Shown: positions 21,365 through 31,091 of the stretch, piece by piece
How the letters are laid out: each line of letters opens with the position of its first letter
How positions within the stretch are numbered: the first letter of the stretch is position 1
From: Bacteroidales bacterium
GTDB lineage: Bacteria > Bacteroidota > Bacteroidia > Bacteroidales > JBDKHP01
Length of the DNA stretch: 64,000 nt
Assembly (NCBI GenBank): GCA_965230435.1
Contig: CBDDLB010000006.1
Location: 1,928,270-1,992,269 of the forward strand
Reading direction: 5' to 3'
Notes under the pieces: model-generated
The model's input: only the letters and a program-made list of their open reading frames with translations
Told to the model about the DNA's origin: nothing
The model's database searches: none
Translations under genes and position numbers: made by a program

Positions 21365-21700
21365 GTATTCGTTTCTAAGAATCGCACTTTAAACATACAA
21401 CATTGCAAAAACACAACATTCTAATAATCAGAATATTTACCAAAAAGCAGAAATAAAAAGAATATACTACACTAATTTTATCTCATTTTTCTATAACAAA
21501 CTGTTTGTCAATACGTATCCTGTACCTATTACGAAGGAAGAAGAATACAAGGTTGAATATTTTTTGCAAGATTTAAGGCTACGGGCCTATTTAATGATCA
21601 AATAATCTATCAGAATATGAGCTATTTGTATTCTGAAAAGGTTAGATTAAATATGTCCACCTATCCGCTTACATTGCACTTTTTCGACAAACGAAGGAAC

Positions 21701-24700
21701 ATGAGGGAATTAATTGCTGCTGCTTTTTCTATTTGGTGTGTTATTTTTTTGGTTTTTGATGTGCATTCTCAGGATAATAATTACGTCACATCTCAATATA
21801 CGATTACTGACGGATTGCCCCATAACCGTGTAAGTTCGTTGGCTTTCGACAAACAAGGCTTCTTATGGCTTTCCACCTCTAACGGACTTTTCCGTTTCGA
21901 CAGTTATAAGTTTGAGGAGCAGGCTCAAACGGGAAAAGGAACAAAAATCATCAACAGCCCACTTATTGAATCGCTCCTGATCGATACCAAAGGAAACATC
22001 TGGGCTGGTTATTATGTGGGCGGAATCTTAAAATACGACCCCAAAACACAATCTACCGTAGATTATTTGCCAAACGACAACGACTCTAACACCATTTGTG
22101 GAGGAAGAATAAAAACCATCTGCGAAGACAAAAACGGAAACATCTGGATCGGCTCGGGATCTGGCGGTGTCTCGAAGCTCGATTTGAAAACCCAAAAGTT
22201 CAGTCACTATTTAGGGGCAAGACCTAATAAGGGATGGCAAGGTGGGAGTATTAACGAAATTATCTGTTTATCAGATTCCTCTATTTGGGCTGCTGGTATT
22301 GGCGGTTTATTTAAGCATGATAAACATACCGATTCGTTCAAAAAAATAAAACCGCCCAAAAAGTCGACAATAAAAGCCAACGAATTTGCATGTGTAGCCG
22401 AAGATACTTTACGGAACTGCCTGTGGATTGGAGCATGGAGCGATTCCTTGGCAAGGCTAGACCTACATACAGAAGAAATAACTTACAGAAGAAGCAAAGC
22501 CAACGCTACCCCAAGCATTTTGCTAGACAAACAAGGTACTCTATGGCTCGGGTCGTGGGGCCGGGGGATTTATAGGTATTATATTGATGAGAATAAATTT
22601 GAAAAGCACACTTTTGAAGGCGACAAAAAAAAGCAGAACAGTGTAAAAGTAATATTAGATTTGTTAGAACATTCATCGGGCGAAATATGGGTATCCTCGT
22701 ACAGCTCAGGAATGCTATCTATTACAAAAAGCAAAGCATTTAAAAAGGTTAAACTGCCTAAGGGAAGACGGGAAGTACACCCCCAAAGCTTCAGATATCA
22801 CAACAACAATCTTTTCATTTCAACAAATATAAATCTACTGCAACAAACAAGTTCTGGTGAATTCAGAACAATTCTGTGCAAAAAAACATTTAAAGTACTC
22901 TTGCCAGACTCCAACCAGCTATGGGCAACAGCAAATAGATTTGTTGGAAGACTTCAAGAAGGAGAAGACGGAGAATATACTTTGAACCAGATAAGGCTTT
23001 TCGAAGGTAGTAGATTTGTCGATACAAGAAAGGTAAGTGGCGCAGTTTTCAAAGACAGCCTCCTGTACATCTCTTCCATTAATTACCCTATGACAATCTT
23101 CAGGGTGAACAAAGACGGAAAATACAAGTTCATTAAAAGGCTTTGCCCCAAAAACGGTGTCGAAGGCCACCTGCCAACAGTAAGAGTAAACTGTATGCTC
23201 AAAGATTCAAAAGAAAACATCTGGGTCGGCACTATTGGTGGACTTTTTCAAATCAGGGATACCACGCAAATGATACCAGTGCATAAGTTCATTTCGGGAG
23301 GCGAACATTTAAGCAGTGATCTGATATCTGAAATAAAAGAGGACAACAGAGGGCGATTGCTCATCTGCACCAGCAGAGGACTGAACGTCTTAACGCCTAT
23401 AGGTGACGAGGACTATAAATTAACCAAATACAACACTTCTAATGGTCTGCCAGAAAACAATGTTAGATCTTGTTCCGTGGACGTTAACGGAATGATTTGG
23501 CTCAGTACCAATACGAATATTGTGCGCATTAATCCTGAAAATCAGAATGTTTTTGCTTTTGGTAGAAAAGACGGAATAAATGTTTCCAGCTTTACAGGTG
23601 CATCTACTATTGCGCCAGATGGAAAAATGATATTCGGAGCAGAAGGATGTTATATTGAATTCGATCCTACGAAAGTACAGGTACAAAGCAAAGCTCCAAC
23701 TCTGAAGATTTCTGGACTGAGTATTTTAAACAACCCCATAAAAGCAGGAGAAGAATTCCATGATAGAGTAATTCTAAAAAATGCAATCGACTACACAGAA
23801 GAACTAGAGATTACACATAAAGAAAAAGAGTTTTCTATTGAGCTAAGCCTCTTGGAATACCAAAAAGAGAAGAAAAACTTCTACGAATATAAGCTTGTTG
23901 GCTTTGATGAAGACTGGGTGCAGCTCGGAAGACAACGCACAATTTCTTTCACAAATCTTCCTCCCGGAGAGTATCAACTTCAGGCCAGAGCGATTACAAG
24001 CGAGGGCATTTATGTAGAATTATCCAAACCGCTATCCATTATAGTAACACCACCTTGGTGGAAAACAATATGGTTCCGCACAGCCTTCATCCTATTGATA
24101 ATTGCATCTGCTATTGGATATTACAGATACCGAATGCATGCGATAAAAGAGAAAAACAAGGAACTAGAGCATCAGGTTCAGTTACGGACTCAAGAAATCA
24201 GAAAGCAATCGGGAGAAATTGCCGCCCAGCGCGATCATCTTGCAAAAGCAAACTCTATGCTGCAAGAACATCAGGAAGAGATAATTTCGCAACGTGATGT
24301 GCTTTCCGAACAGAAAGACAAACTTGAAGATGCAAATTTCTTACTGAAAGAGCGCCAAGAAGAAATATTGACTCAGAATGAGGAAATAAAGCAACAGACC
24401 GAAGAAATTGCAAGTCAGCGCGATTATGTCCAAAAACAGAACGCTGAAATCGCCGAGGGGTTGATGAGCTTAGAGCTATTGAGCGATTTCGGTCAGAAAC
24501 TTACATCCACTTTACGCTTAGAAGACATTTTAGAAATGGTACACGATTACGTATCGTCTATTTTAAAAACAGATGCATTTGGGGTGGGATTATACCGCGA
24601 TACCAAACAACGGATCGACTACCATGCTTTTTACGAAAACGGTGTTGCACAGCCCTTATTCACAAAAGCTCATGCCCCAGAAACGAGTTTCTCATCATGG

Positions 24701-25750
24701 GCCATCCAGAATAAAAAAGAAATATTCGAAAACAATATCGAACAGAATTATAAATTATACTTCAAGGAGAAACCTTCTTTAAGTACAAATTTCAATGCGA
24801 AATCGCTACTCGTTTTTCCTTTATTTTCAGGAGATAAGGTCATTGGAGTATTATCGATATATAGTCAGGCAGAAAATTCGTATGCGCAAAAAAATTTCTC
24901 ATTCGTAAAAAACCTATCGGCCTATATTTCAATTGCCGTAACCAATGCCCGTCTATACGGCGAAATGAATCGGAAAAACGAAAACATCCAGAGCAGTATC
25001 GCATATGCCCGCAACATTCAAAAGGCAATACTTCCGCTCAAACGGCAAATGGATACTCTCGTGGAAACATTCACACTCTTTTTGCCTAAAGATGTGGTTT
25101 CTGGCGATTTCTATTGGCACTCAGACATTTCCTCTGCCGAAACGAACGAAGCACTGTTCGCAGTTGTCGACTGTACAGGCCACGGAGTTCCCGGCGCCTT
25201 TATGTCTCTGATAGGCAATCGCATATTAAACCGAATCGTAAACGAAAGGAAGGTTCACGAACCCGCACTTATACTAACCGAACTGCACCGTTTCATCGTT
25301 GAAGCATTGAAACAGGACAGCACAGATAACAACGACGGGATGGATGTTGCACTATGCAAAATCACCAAGACTGAAAGTGGGGCAACTATTGCTTACGCAG
25401 GAGCAAAACGCAACCTGATAATTATTGAACCTTCTGGCAACACCAACATTGTAAAAGGTACCAGAAAATCTATTGGCGGGACAAAGGCTCAAAGAAACAA
25501 AACGAACTTTGCGTCCGAAACTTTCAATGCTCCTAAAGGTACAACTCTCTACTTGAGTTCAGATGGCTACACAGACCAAAACAACATCAGCAACAAAAAA
25601 TTTGGCTCTACAGCTCTTTTAGACCTTCTGCGTCAAATTTATCAAGAAGACATAGAAAAACAGTCGCAAATTCTAAAAGAAACCCTACAACAACACATGG
25701 GCAAATATGAACAGCGAGATGATATTACGATTATGGGTATTAAAATCTGA
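21701..25750 (+). CDS. periplasmic beta-propeller/YYY sensor - TM - coiled coil - GAF - PP2C (SpoIIE-family) phosphatase, paralog 1
   Basis: Start set at ATG 21701 (MRELIAAAFSIW...), by analogy with paralog 2. Domains: Reg_prop-like repeats (GLPHNRVSSLAFDKQGFLWLST), YYY (FYEYKLVGFDEDWVQLGRQRTISFTNLPPGEYQLQARA), TM (IWFRTAFILLIIASAIGYY). PP2C motifs: GDFYWH, VDCTGHGVPGAFMS, DGMDVAL, SDGYTDQ, RDDITIMGIKI. Confidence 0.85.
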   Translation: MRELIAAAFSIWCVIFLVFDVHSQDNNYVTSQYTITDGLPHNRVSSLAFDKQGFLWLSTSNGLFRFDSYKFEEQAQTGKGTKIINSPLIESLLIDTKGNIWAGYYVGGILKYDPKTQSTVDYLPNDNDSNTICGGRIKTICEDKNGNIWIGSGSGGVSKLDLKTQKFSHYLGARPNKGWQGGSINEIICLSDSSIWAAGIGGLFKHDKHTDSFKKIKPPKKSTIKANEFACVAEDTLRNCLWIGAWSDSLARLDLHTEEITYRRSKANATPSILLDKQGTLWLGSWGRGIYRYYIDENKFEKHTFEGDKKKQNSVKVILDLLEHSSGEIWVSSYSSGMLSITKSKAFKKVKLPKGRREVHPQSFRYHNNNLFISTNINLLQQTSSGEFRTILCKKTFKVLLPDSNQLWATANRFVGRLQEGEDGEYTLNQIRLFEGSRFVDTRKVSGAVFKDSLLYISSINYPMTIFRVNKDGKYKFIKRLCPKNGVEGHLPTVRVNCMLKDSKENIWVGTIGGLFQIRDTTQMIPVHKFISGGEHLSSDLISEIKEDNRGRLLICTSRGLNVLTPIGDEDYKLTKYNTSNGLPENNVRSCSVDVNGMIWLSTNTNIVRINPENQNVFAFGRKDGINVSSFTGASTIAPDGKMIFGAEGCYIEFDPTKVQVQSKAPTLKISGLSILNNPIKAGEEFHDRVILKNAIDYTEELEITHKEKEFSIELSLLEYQKEKKNFYEYKLVGFDEDWVQLGRQRTISFTNLPPGEYQLQARAITSEGIYVELSKPLSIIVTPPWWKTIWFRTAFILLIIASAIGYYRYRMHAIKEKNKELEHQVQLRTQEIRKQSGEIAAQRDHLAKANSMLQEHQEEIISQRDVLSEQKDKLEDANFLLKERQEEILTQNEEIKQQTEEIASQRDYVQKQNAEIAEGLMSLELLSDFGQKLTSTLRLEDILEMVHDYVSSILKTDAFGVGLYRDTKQRIDYHAFYENGVAQPLFTKAHAPETSFSSWAIQNKKEIFENNIEQNYKLYFKEKPSLSTNFNAKSLLVFPLFSGDKVIGVLSIYSQAENSYAQKNFSFVKNLSAYISIAVTNARLYGEMNRKNENIQSSIAYARNIQKAILPLKRQMDTLVETFTLFLPKDVVSGDFYWHSDISSAETNEALFAVVDCTGHGVPGAFMSLIGNRILNRIVNERKVHEPALILTELHRFIVEALKQDSTDNNDGMDVALCKITKTESGATIAYAGAKRNLIIIEPSGNTNIVKGTRKSIGGTKAQRNKTNFASETFNAPKGTTLYLSSDGYTDQNNISNKKFGSTALLDLLRQIYQEDIEKQSQILKETLQQHMGKYEQRDDITIMGIKI

Positions 25751-25882
25751 TGTTTCTCAAAAGAAATTATCAATTAACTTACGCCTGAAAACCAACACGT
25801 AGTCAACTTAAGGTGAGCAATTATTAATTAGAGTGTAAAACATATTGCTCATATTTTCAACTCTATAAACCTACTTTTTGAT

Positions 25883-26098
25883 CAAACAGTCACAAAGGGC
25901 TACATGCACATTCGCAAACAAGGCCGCGCTGTTATAAGTGCAGTAGAAGAAGAAGAAATTGATGCTAGATGTATAACAATCACCTAAAATTTGTGTACGA
26001 ACAATTCCATTACAAATCATCGTCCCAGAAAAAGAAAAAGAGTTTTCAAAAATTATTAAGAACTCTAAAAAAGAAAAGTGTTAACCTTAATTTTACGG
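25883..26098 (+). pseudogene. remnant of rsgA 3' end (duplication scar)
   Basis: Aligns by eye to rsgA 21035..21270 (for example CACATTCGCAAACAAGGCCGCGCTGTTATAAGTGCAGTAGAAGAAGAAGAAATTGATGC against CACATTCACGAACAAGGCTGTGCAGTTATAAAAGCTGTGGAAGAGGGTGAAATTGATGC). A 1-nt loss after GATGC leads to a premature stop. Confidence 0.8.
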
Positions 26099-26389
26099 AG
26101 AAAAAGTAAAAAAGTGCCAAAGGCATGTGTAATAATCTTTGGTTCTTCAATACCACCTACATAATTATTCTCTCACACATAGATGTCATTAAAAGTCAAC
26201 CAACTCATCTACAACACAATAATCACTATCCAATACTTAAATAAATACATCACATCAATTTTATCTATTTTTTCTATAACAAACTGTTCACCAACTACGT
26301 ATCCTGTAGAATATCGAAGAGAGATAAAAATGCTAGTTTACAACTGATTTGTAAAATTGACTATTACACTTTCTAACAAATGAAAGGAT

Positions 26390-29300
26390 ATGAGGGGATT
26401 AATTGTTTTGATATTTTTAATTTGGAGTACTTTTTTTGTGTTTTTTGATACATATTCTCAAAATGACAATTATGTTACTTCTCAGTATACGATTACTGAC
26501 GGATTACCTCACAACCGTGTTAGTTCTCTAGCTTTCGATAAACAAGGTTTTCTGTGGCTTGCAACAGCCAATGGACTTTTCCGGTTCGATAGTTACAAGT
26601 TCGAAGAATACGCAAAAACAAAAACCAATGCAACAGCTATTAACAGCCCATACCTAGAATCCCTTCTTGTTGACTCAAAAGGGAATATCTGGGCAGGTTA
26701 TTACGTAGGTGGCCTTATAAAGTACAATACAACAGACCAGTCTATAGTATCTTATTCTCCAAGCGATAACGATTCAAGTTCAATTTGCAACACCCGCATA
26801 AAAACCATTTGCGAAGACAAACTCGGCAACATTTGGGTTGGTTCCGGTGGTAGTGGAATTGCAAAACTCGACGAAAAGACTGGCAAATTCAAACATTATC
26901 TTAGAAAAAAAACAAAAGATAATGACTGGACCGGCACTAGCGTTAACCAGCTTATCTGCACAAAAGATTCTACTATCTGGGCCGCATGTATTGGGGGGCT
27001 GTATAAGTATAATAAATCTAAAGATTCGTTCGAGAGAATAAAATCTCAAAAGAAATCTAATCACAAACAAAATGAGTTTGCGTGTTTAGTAGAAGATACT
27101 TTACGGAACTGTCTCTGGCTTGGCACTTGGAGCAGTTCGTTGGGAAAGCTAGATTTACAGACAGATGAATTGACCTTTAGAAAGAACAAAGCCACTTCTA
27201 CTGCCAGTATTCTAATAGACTCACAGGGCACCATATGGCTAGGCTCATGGGGAAAAGGACTTTATAGATATTATGCCGATTCTAATAAGTTCGAAAGGCA
27301 CACCTTCGAAGGCGATTCAACCAAAATAAAGAGTATAAAAGTAATACGAAAAATTACAGAACATTCATCGGGAGAGATATGGCTAAGCACACATAGCACA
27401 GGTATTCTGACTATTACTAAAAGTAAAGCATTCAAGAAAATAAAACACCCAAAATCGAAACGCACAACATACACTCAGGACTTAAGGTATATTGACAATA
27501 AGCTATTCATGGCAACAAATATTGGCCTGCATCAAAGAACAGATTCAGGTACATTCAAAGCGATTTCGAAAAGAAGAGTAATTACCCAGAAAATACTCAA
27601 GACAGATTCCAACCAGATTTGGATAACCAACAACCAGTACATAGAAAGACTTCAACAGACAGAAAATGGATACACACTGAAATACTTAAAGCTTTTCAAG
27701 AAAGGCAAATATAATGACACAAGAAAAGTAAGTGGTATAATCTTCAAAGACAGCCTTGCATATATTTCTACGATCCACTACCCGATGACAATCTTTAAAC
27801 TTGGCAAAGGAGGAAACTACTGGTTCAAGAAAAGGCTCAATCCTAAAATCGGAGCTGTAGGTCACCTTCCAACAGCTAGAGTAAATAACATGTTCAAAGA
27901 TTCGAAAGGGAAAATCTGGATCGGAAGTTTTGGTGGACTTTATCAAGTAAAAGGCGAAGATGAAATGTTGCCTGTAAAACAGTTCATATCCAAAGGTAAA
28001 CGCCTAAGCGGGGACCTGATTACAGAAATAGAGGAAGACAGCAAAGGACGCTTACTTGTAAGCACCACCAAAGGGCTAAACATCCTAACACCTACAGACA
28101 AAGACAATTACAATCTTACTATCTACGACACCTCCAATGGACTTCCTGAAAATTACATTAGGTCGTGTGCCGTGGACGTTAACGGGACTGTTTGGGTTAG
28201 CACAAATACAAACATCGTACGCATCGATCTGGAAAAACAAGATGTTTTTGCTTTTGGCAGAAAAGACGGAATAAACGTTCCCATCTTTACACGATCTTCT
28301 ACTGTTTCCCCAGATGGGAAAATCATATTCGGAGCCCGTGGTTGCTATGTTGAATTCGACCCTAAGAAAGTTGAGACGATCAGAAAAAAGCCTAAGCTTG
28401 AACTGTCCAGCCTAAGCATACTGAACAACCCTATAAAAGCAGGAGAAGAGTTCAACGACAGAGTAATTCTGAAAAAAGCTATTAGTTATACTAAAAAGCT
28501 AAAAATCACCTATAAGGAAAAAGAATTCTCAATAGAATTAAGCCTTCTGGAATACCAAAAAGAGAAGAAGAATTTTTATGAATATAAGCTGGTTGGCTTC
28601 GATAACGACTGGGTGCAATTAGGAAGACAACGTACGGTTTCATTTACAAACCTCCCAGCGGGTAAATACCAACTGCAAGCCAGAGCCATTACTAGCGAAG
28701 GTGTTTACGTGAATCTACCCAGCCCGCTTACGATTATTGTAACTCCGCCTTGGTGGAAAACACTTTGGTTCCGTATTACTTTCATCCTATTAATAATCGT
28801 AGGCGCTATTGGCTTCTTCAGGTACCGAATACATGCAATAAAAGAAAAAAACAGGGAACTAGAGCATCAGGTTCTTTTGCGCACACAGGAAATCAGACAA
28901 CAATCTGAAGAGATCGTTGCCCAACGCGATCACCTTGCCATGCAAAAAGAAAAGCTTGAAAAAGCAAACACACTATTGCAAGAGCATCAAGAAGAAATTA
29001 CAACTCAAAGAGATCGACTCTCTGAACAGAAAAACGAACTGGAACATACCAACAACAAACTAAACGTTCAGAATTCAGAAATAAAACAACAGTCTGAAGA
29101 AATCGCTACTCAGCGCGATGAACTCTCTAGGCAAAAAGAGAAATTGGAAAGTACAAACTACTTGCTTAAAGAACGCCAAGAAGAAATATTGGCTCAGAAT
29201 GAGGAGATAAGACAACAGACAGAGGAAATTTCGGCGCAGCGCGATTATGTACAGAAACAAAACAAAGAAATAGAAGAAGGTTTGATGAACATGGAACTAC

Positions 29301-30571
29301 TAAGCGATTTTGGTCAAAAACTAACTTCCATGCTCAGCCTAGACGACATTATGGAAATGGTATACAGCTATGTTTCGTCTATTGTTAAAACCGACGCTTT
29401 TGGAATTGGGCTTTACCGCGACCAGCAAAAACGTATCGACTACCATGCCTTCTATGAAGCTGAAAAAGCACTGGATCCATTTTCTAAGGAATATTGCCCT
29501 GAGCGTAATTTTTCGTCTTGGGCCATTGCTAATAAGAAAGAAGTCTTTGAGAACTCTATCAGCAGAAACTTCAAATTATACTTCAAGGAAGAACCTTCGC
29601 TCTGCACAAACATAAACGCAAAATCCGTACTTATTTTTCTGCTATATTCAGATGAAAAGGTAATTGGAGTCCTATCTGTTTACAACAATAAAGAGGAAGC
29701 CTTTGCTGCAAAAGATTTCTCATTCCTGAAAAACCTTTCAACCTACATTGCAATTGCAGTAGCCAATGCCCGCTTGTACGGCGAGGTAAACAGAAAAAAC
29801 GATCATATACGAAGCAGTATTTCCTATGCCCAAAACATCCAAAAGACTATACTACCTCTAAAAAAACATATGGATGATTTCGTAAAAACCTTCACCCTCT
29901 TCTTACCCAAAGATGTTGTTTCTGGAGATTTCTACTGGCACTCGGACATATCAACCCCAGACAAAAAAGAAGCTCTGTTTGCCGTTATAGATTGTACAGG
30001 ACATGGTGTTCCTGGAGCGTTCATGTCGTTAATCGGGAATCGCATCCTAAACCGCATTGTCAACGAAAGAAAAGTTTACGACCCGGCGCATATACTCACT
30101 GCCTTACACAGCTTTATTGTTGAAGCACTGAAACAGGAAAGTTCCGACAACAACGACGGAATGGATGTTGCCCTTTGTAAAATCACATACCAAAAGCATA
30201 ATGCAACAGTCCAATATGCAGGCGCAAAACGCAACCTTTATATTCTTGAACCTTCTGGAACAACAAAGACAATCAATGGTACCAGAAAATCAATTGGTGG
30301 AGCAAAGGCAAAAAGAAGCAAGGCCGAATTTACCTCTCATACAATCAACGTAGATAAAGAGACAACTCTATACTTAACTTCCGATGGGTATGCAGACCAA
30401 AACGGCGTCAATCAAAAACGGTTTGGATCCAATAAACTTGTCGAACTCCTTTCTGAAATACACAAGGACGACATGCAAAAACAAATGCGAATTCTTAAAC
30501 AAAGGCTGTTCGAACACATGGAGGGCTTTGACCAACGTGACGACATAACCATTATGGGCATTAAAATCTAA
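26390..30571 (+). CDS. beta-propeller/YYY sensor - TM - coiled coil - GAF - PP2C phosphatase, paralog 2
   Basis: 1393 aa, collinear with paralog 1 and carrying the same motif set. It has the longest coiled-coil segment of the three. Confidence 0.85.
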   Translation: MRGLIVLIFLIWSTFFVFFDTYSQNDNYVTSQYTITDGLPHNRVSSLAFDKQGFLWLATANGLFRFDSYKFEEYAKTKTNATAINSPYLESLLVDSKGNIWAGYYVGGLIKYNTTDQSIVSYSPSDNDSSSICNTRIKTICEDKLGNIWVGSGGSGIAKLDEKTGKFKHYLRKKTKDNDWTGTSVNQLICTKDSTIWAACIGGLYKYNKSKDSFERIKSQKKSNHKQNEFACLVEDTLRNCLWLGTWSSSLGKLDLQTDELTFRKNKATSTASILIDSQGTIWLGSWGKGLYRYYADSNKFERHTFEGDSTKIKSIKVIRKITEHSSGEIWLSTHSTGILTITKSKAFKKIKHPKSKRTTYTQDLRYIDNKLFMATNIGLHQRTDSGTFKAISKRRVITQKILKTDSNQIWITNNQYIERLQQTENGYTLKYLKLFKKGKYNDTRKVSGIIFKDSLAYISTIHYPMTIFKLGKGGNYWFKKRLNPKIGAVGHLPTARVNNMFKDSKGKIWIGSFGGLYQVKGEDEMLPVKQFISKGKRLSGDLITEIEEDSKGRLLVSTTKGLNILTPTDKDNYNLTIYDTSNGLPENYIRSCAVDVNGTVWVSTNTNIVRIDLEKQDVFAFGRKDGINVPIFTRSSTVSPDGKIIFGARGCYVEFDPKKVETIRKKPKLELSSLSILNNPIKAGEEFNDRVILKKAISYTKKLKITYKEKEFSIELSLLEYQKEKKNFYEYKLVGFDNDWVQLGRQRTVSFTNLPAGKYQLQARAITSEGVYVNLPSPLTIIVTPPWWKTLWFRITFILLIIVGAIGFFRYRIHAIKEKNRELEHQVLLRTQEIRQQSEEIVAQRDHLAMQKEKLEKANTLLQEHQEEITTQRDRLSEQKNELEHTNNKLNVQNSEIKQQSEEIATQRDELSRQKEKLESTNYLLKERQEEILAQNEEIRQQTEEISAQRDYVQKQNKEIEEGLMNMELLSDFGQKLTSMLSLDDIMEMVYSYVSSIVKTDAFGIGLYRDQQKRIDYHAFYEAEKALDPFSKEYCPERNFSSWAIANKKEVFENSISRNFKLYFKEEPSLCTNINAKSVLIFLLYSDEKVIGVLSVYNNKEEAFAAKDFSFLKNLSTYIAIAVANARLYGEVNRKNDHIRSSISYAQNIQKTILPLKKHMDDFVKTFTLFLPKDVVSGDFYWHSDISTPDKKEALFAVIDCTGHGVPGAFMSLIGNRILNRIVNERKVYDPAHILTALHSFIVEALKQESSDNNDGMDVALCKITYQKHNATVQYAGAKRNLYILEPSGTTKTINGTRKSIGGAKAKRSKAEFTSHTINVDKETTLYLTSDGYADQNGVNQKRFGSNKLVELLSEIHKDDMQKQMRILKQRLFEHMEGFDQRDDITIMGIKI

Positions 30572-31091
30572 CAAATTTCTAAAACCCTATTGGATAATAT
30601 TTCAAGAAGTGTATTTCAATTCAACCAACATAAACTATCTACAAAAAATGACGGTAGAGTTCTAAAACACTTTACTTAGTACTTACTCTCTTTATAAGCC
30701 AAGAGATACATAAAAGTTGTACTAAAAAATAAATCGTTCAATCAGTTATCTATAACCATATAAGAAAACATCATACAACAAAGATGCTCAAAAAACAACC
30801 TGTAAATCGACGCTTAGAAATGACTCCACCTATCAAAATAACATATTTCCCCTTTAAGCCAACTCACAGCTCGGGTTCTTCTTTAAATGAGGTGTGCGCC
30901 TGCGATTCAAACCTTGTTTTTTTACGCCCTTTCCGAAAAAAAATACCATTATCATATGACAACAAACAGAATCCACCTCCATTCCAAAGCAATTAAATTC
31001 AACCTATAAAAACATCAAACAAGACAAAAAATATTATATTGCACATTATTTGCAACTCTACGCTGAAACCCCTGTTGGATAAACGATCGAT

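Noticed and set aside
21474-21543. Block conserved upstream of sensor paralogs 1 and 2 (also at 26258-26326), as a possible promoter or operator.
   Set aside because: Its conservation is no greater than that of the adjacent non-functional rsgA remnant, so it is explained by the recent duplication. No Bacteroidota -7 TAnnTTTG motif is evident in it.
30784-30996. 70-aa ORF between sensor paralogs 2 and 3.
   Set aside because: It has no motifs, no homologous counterpart between paralogs 1 and 2, and a composition typical of an intergenic spacer.
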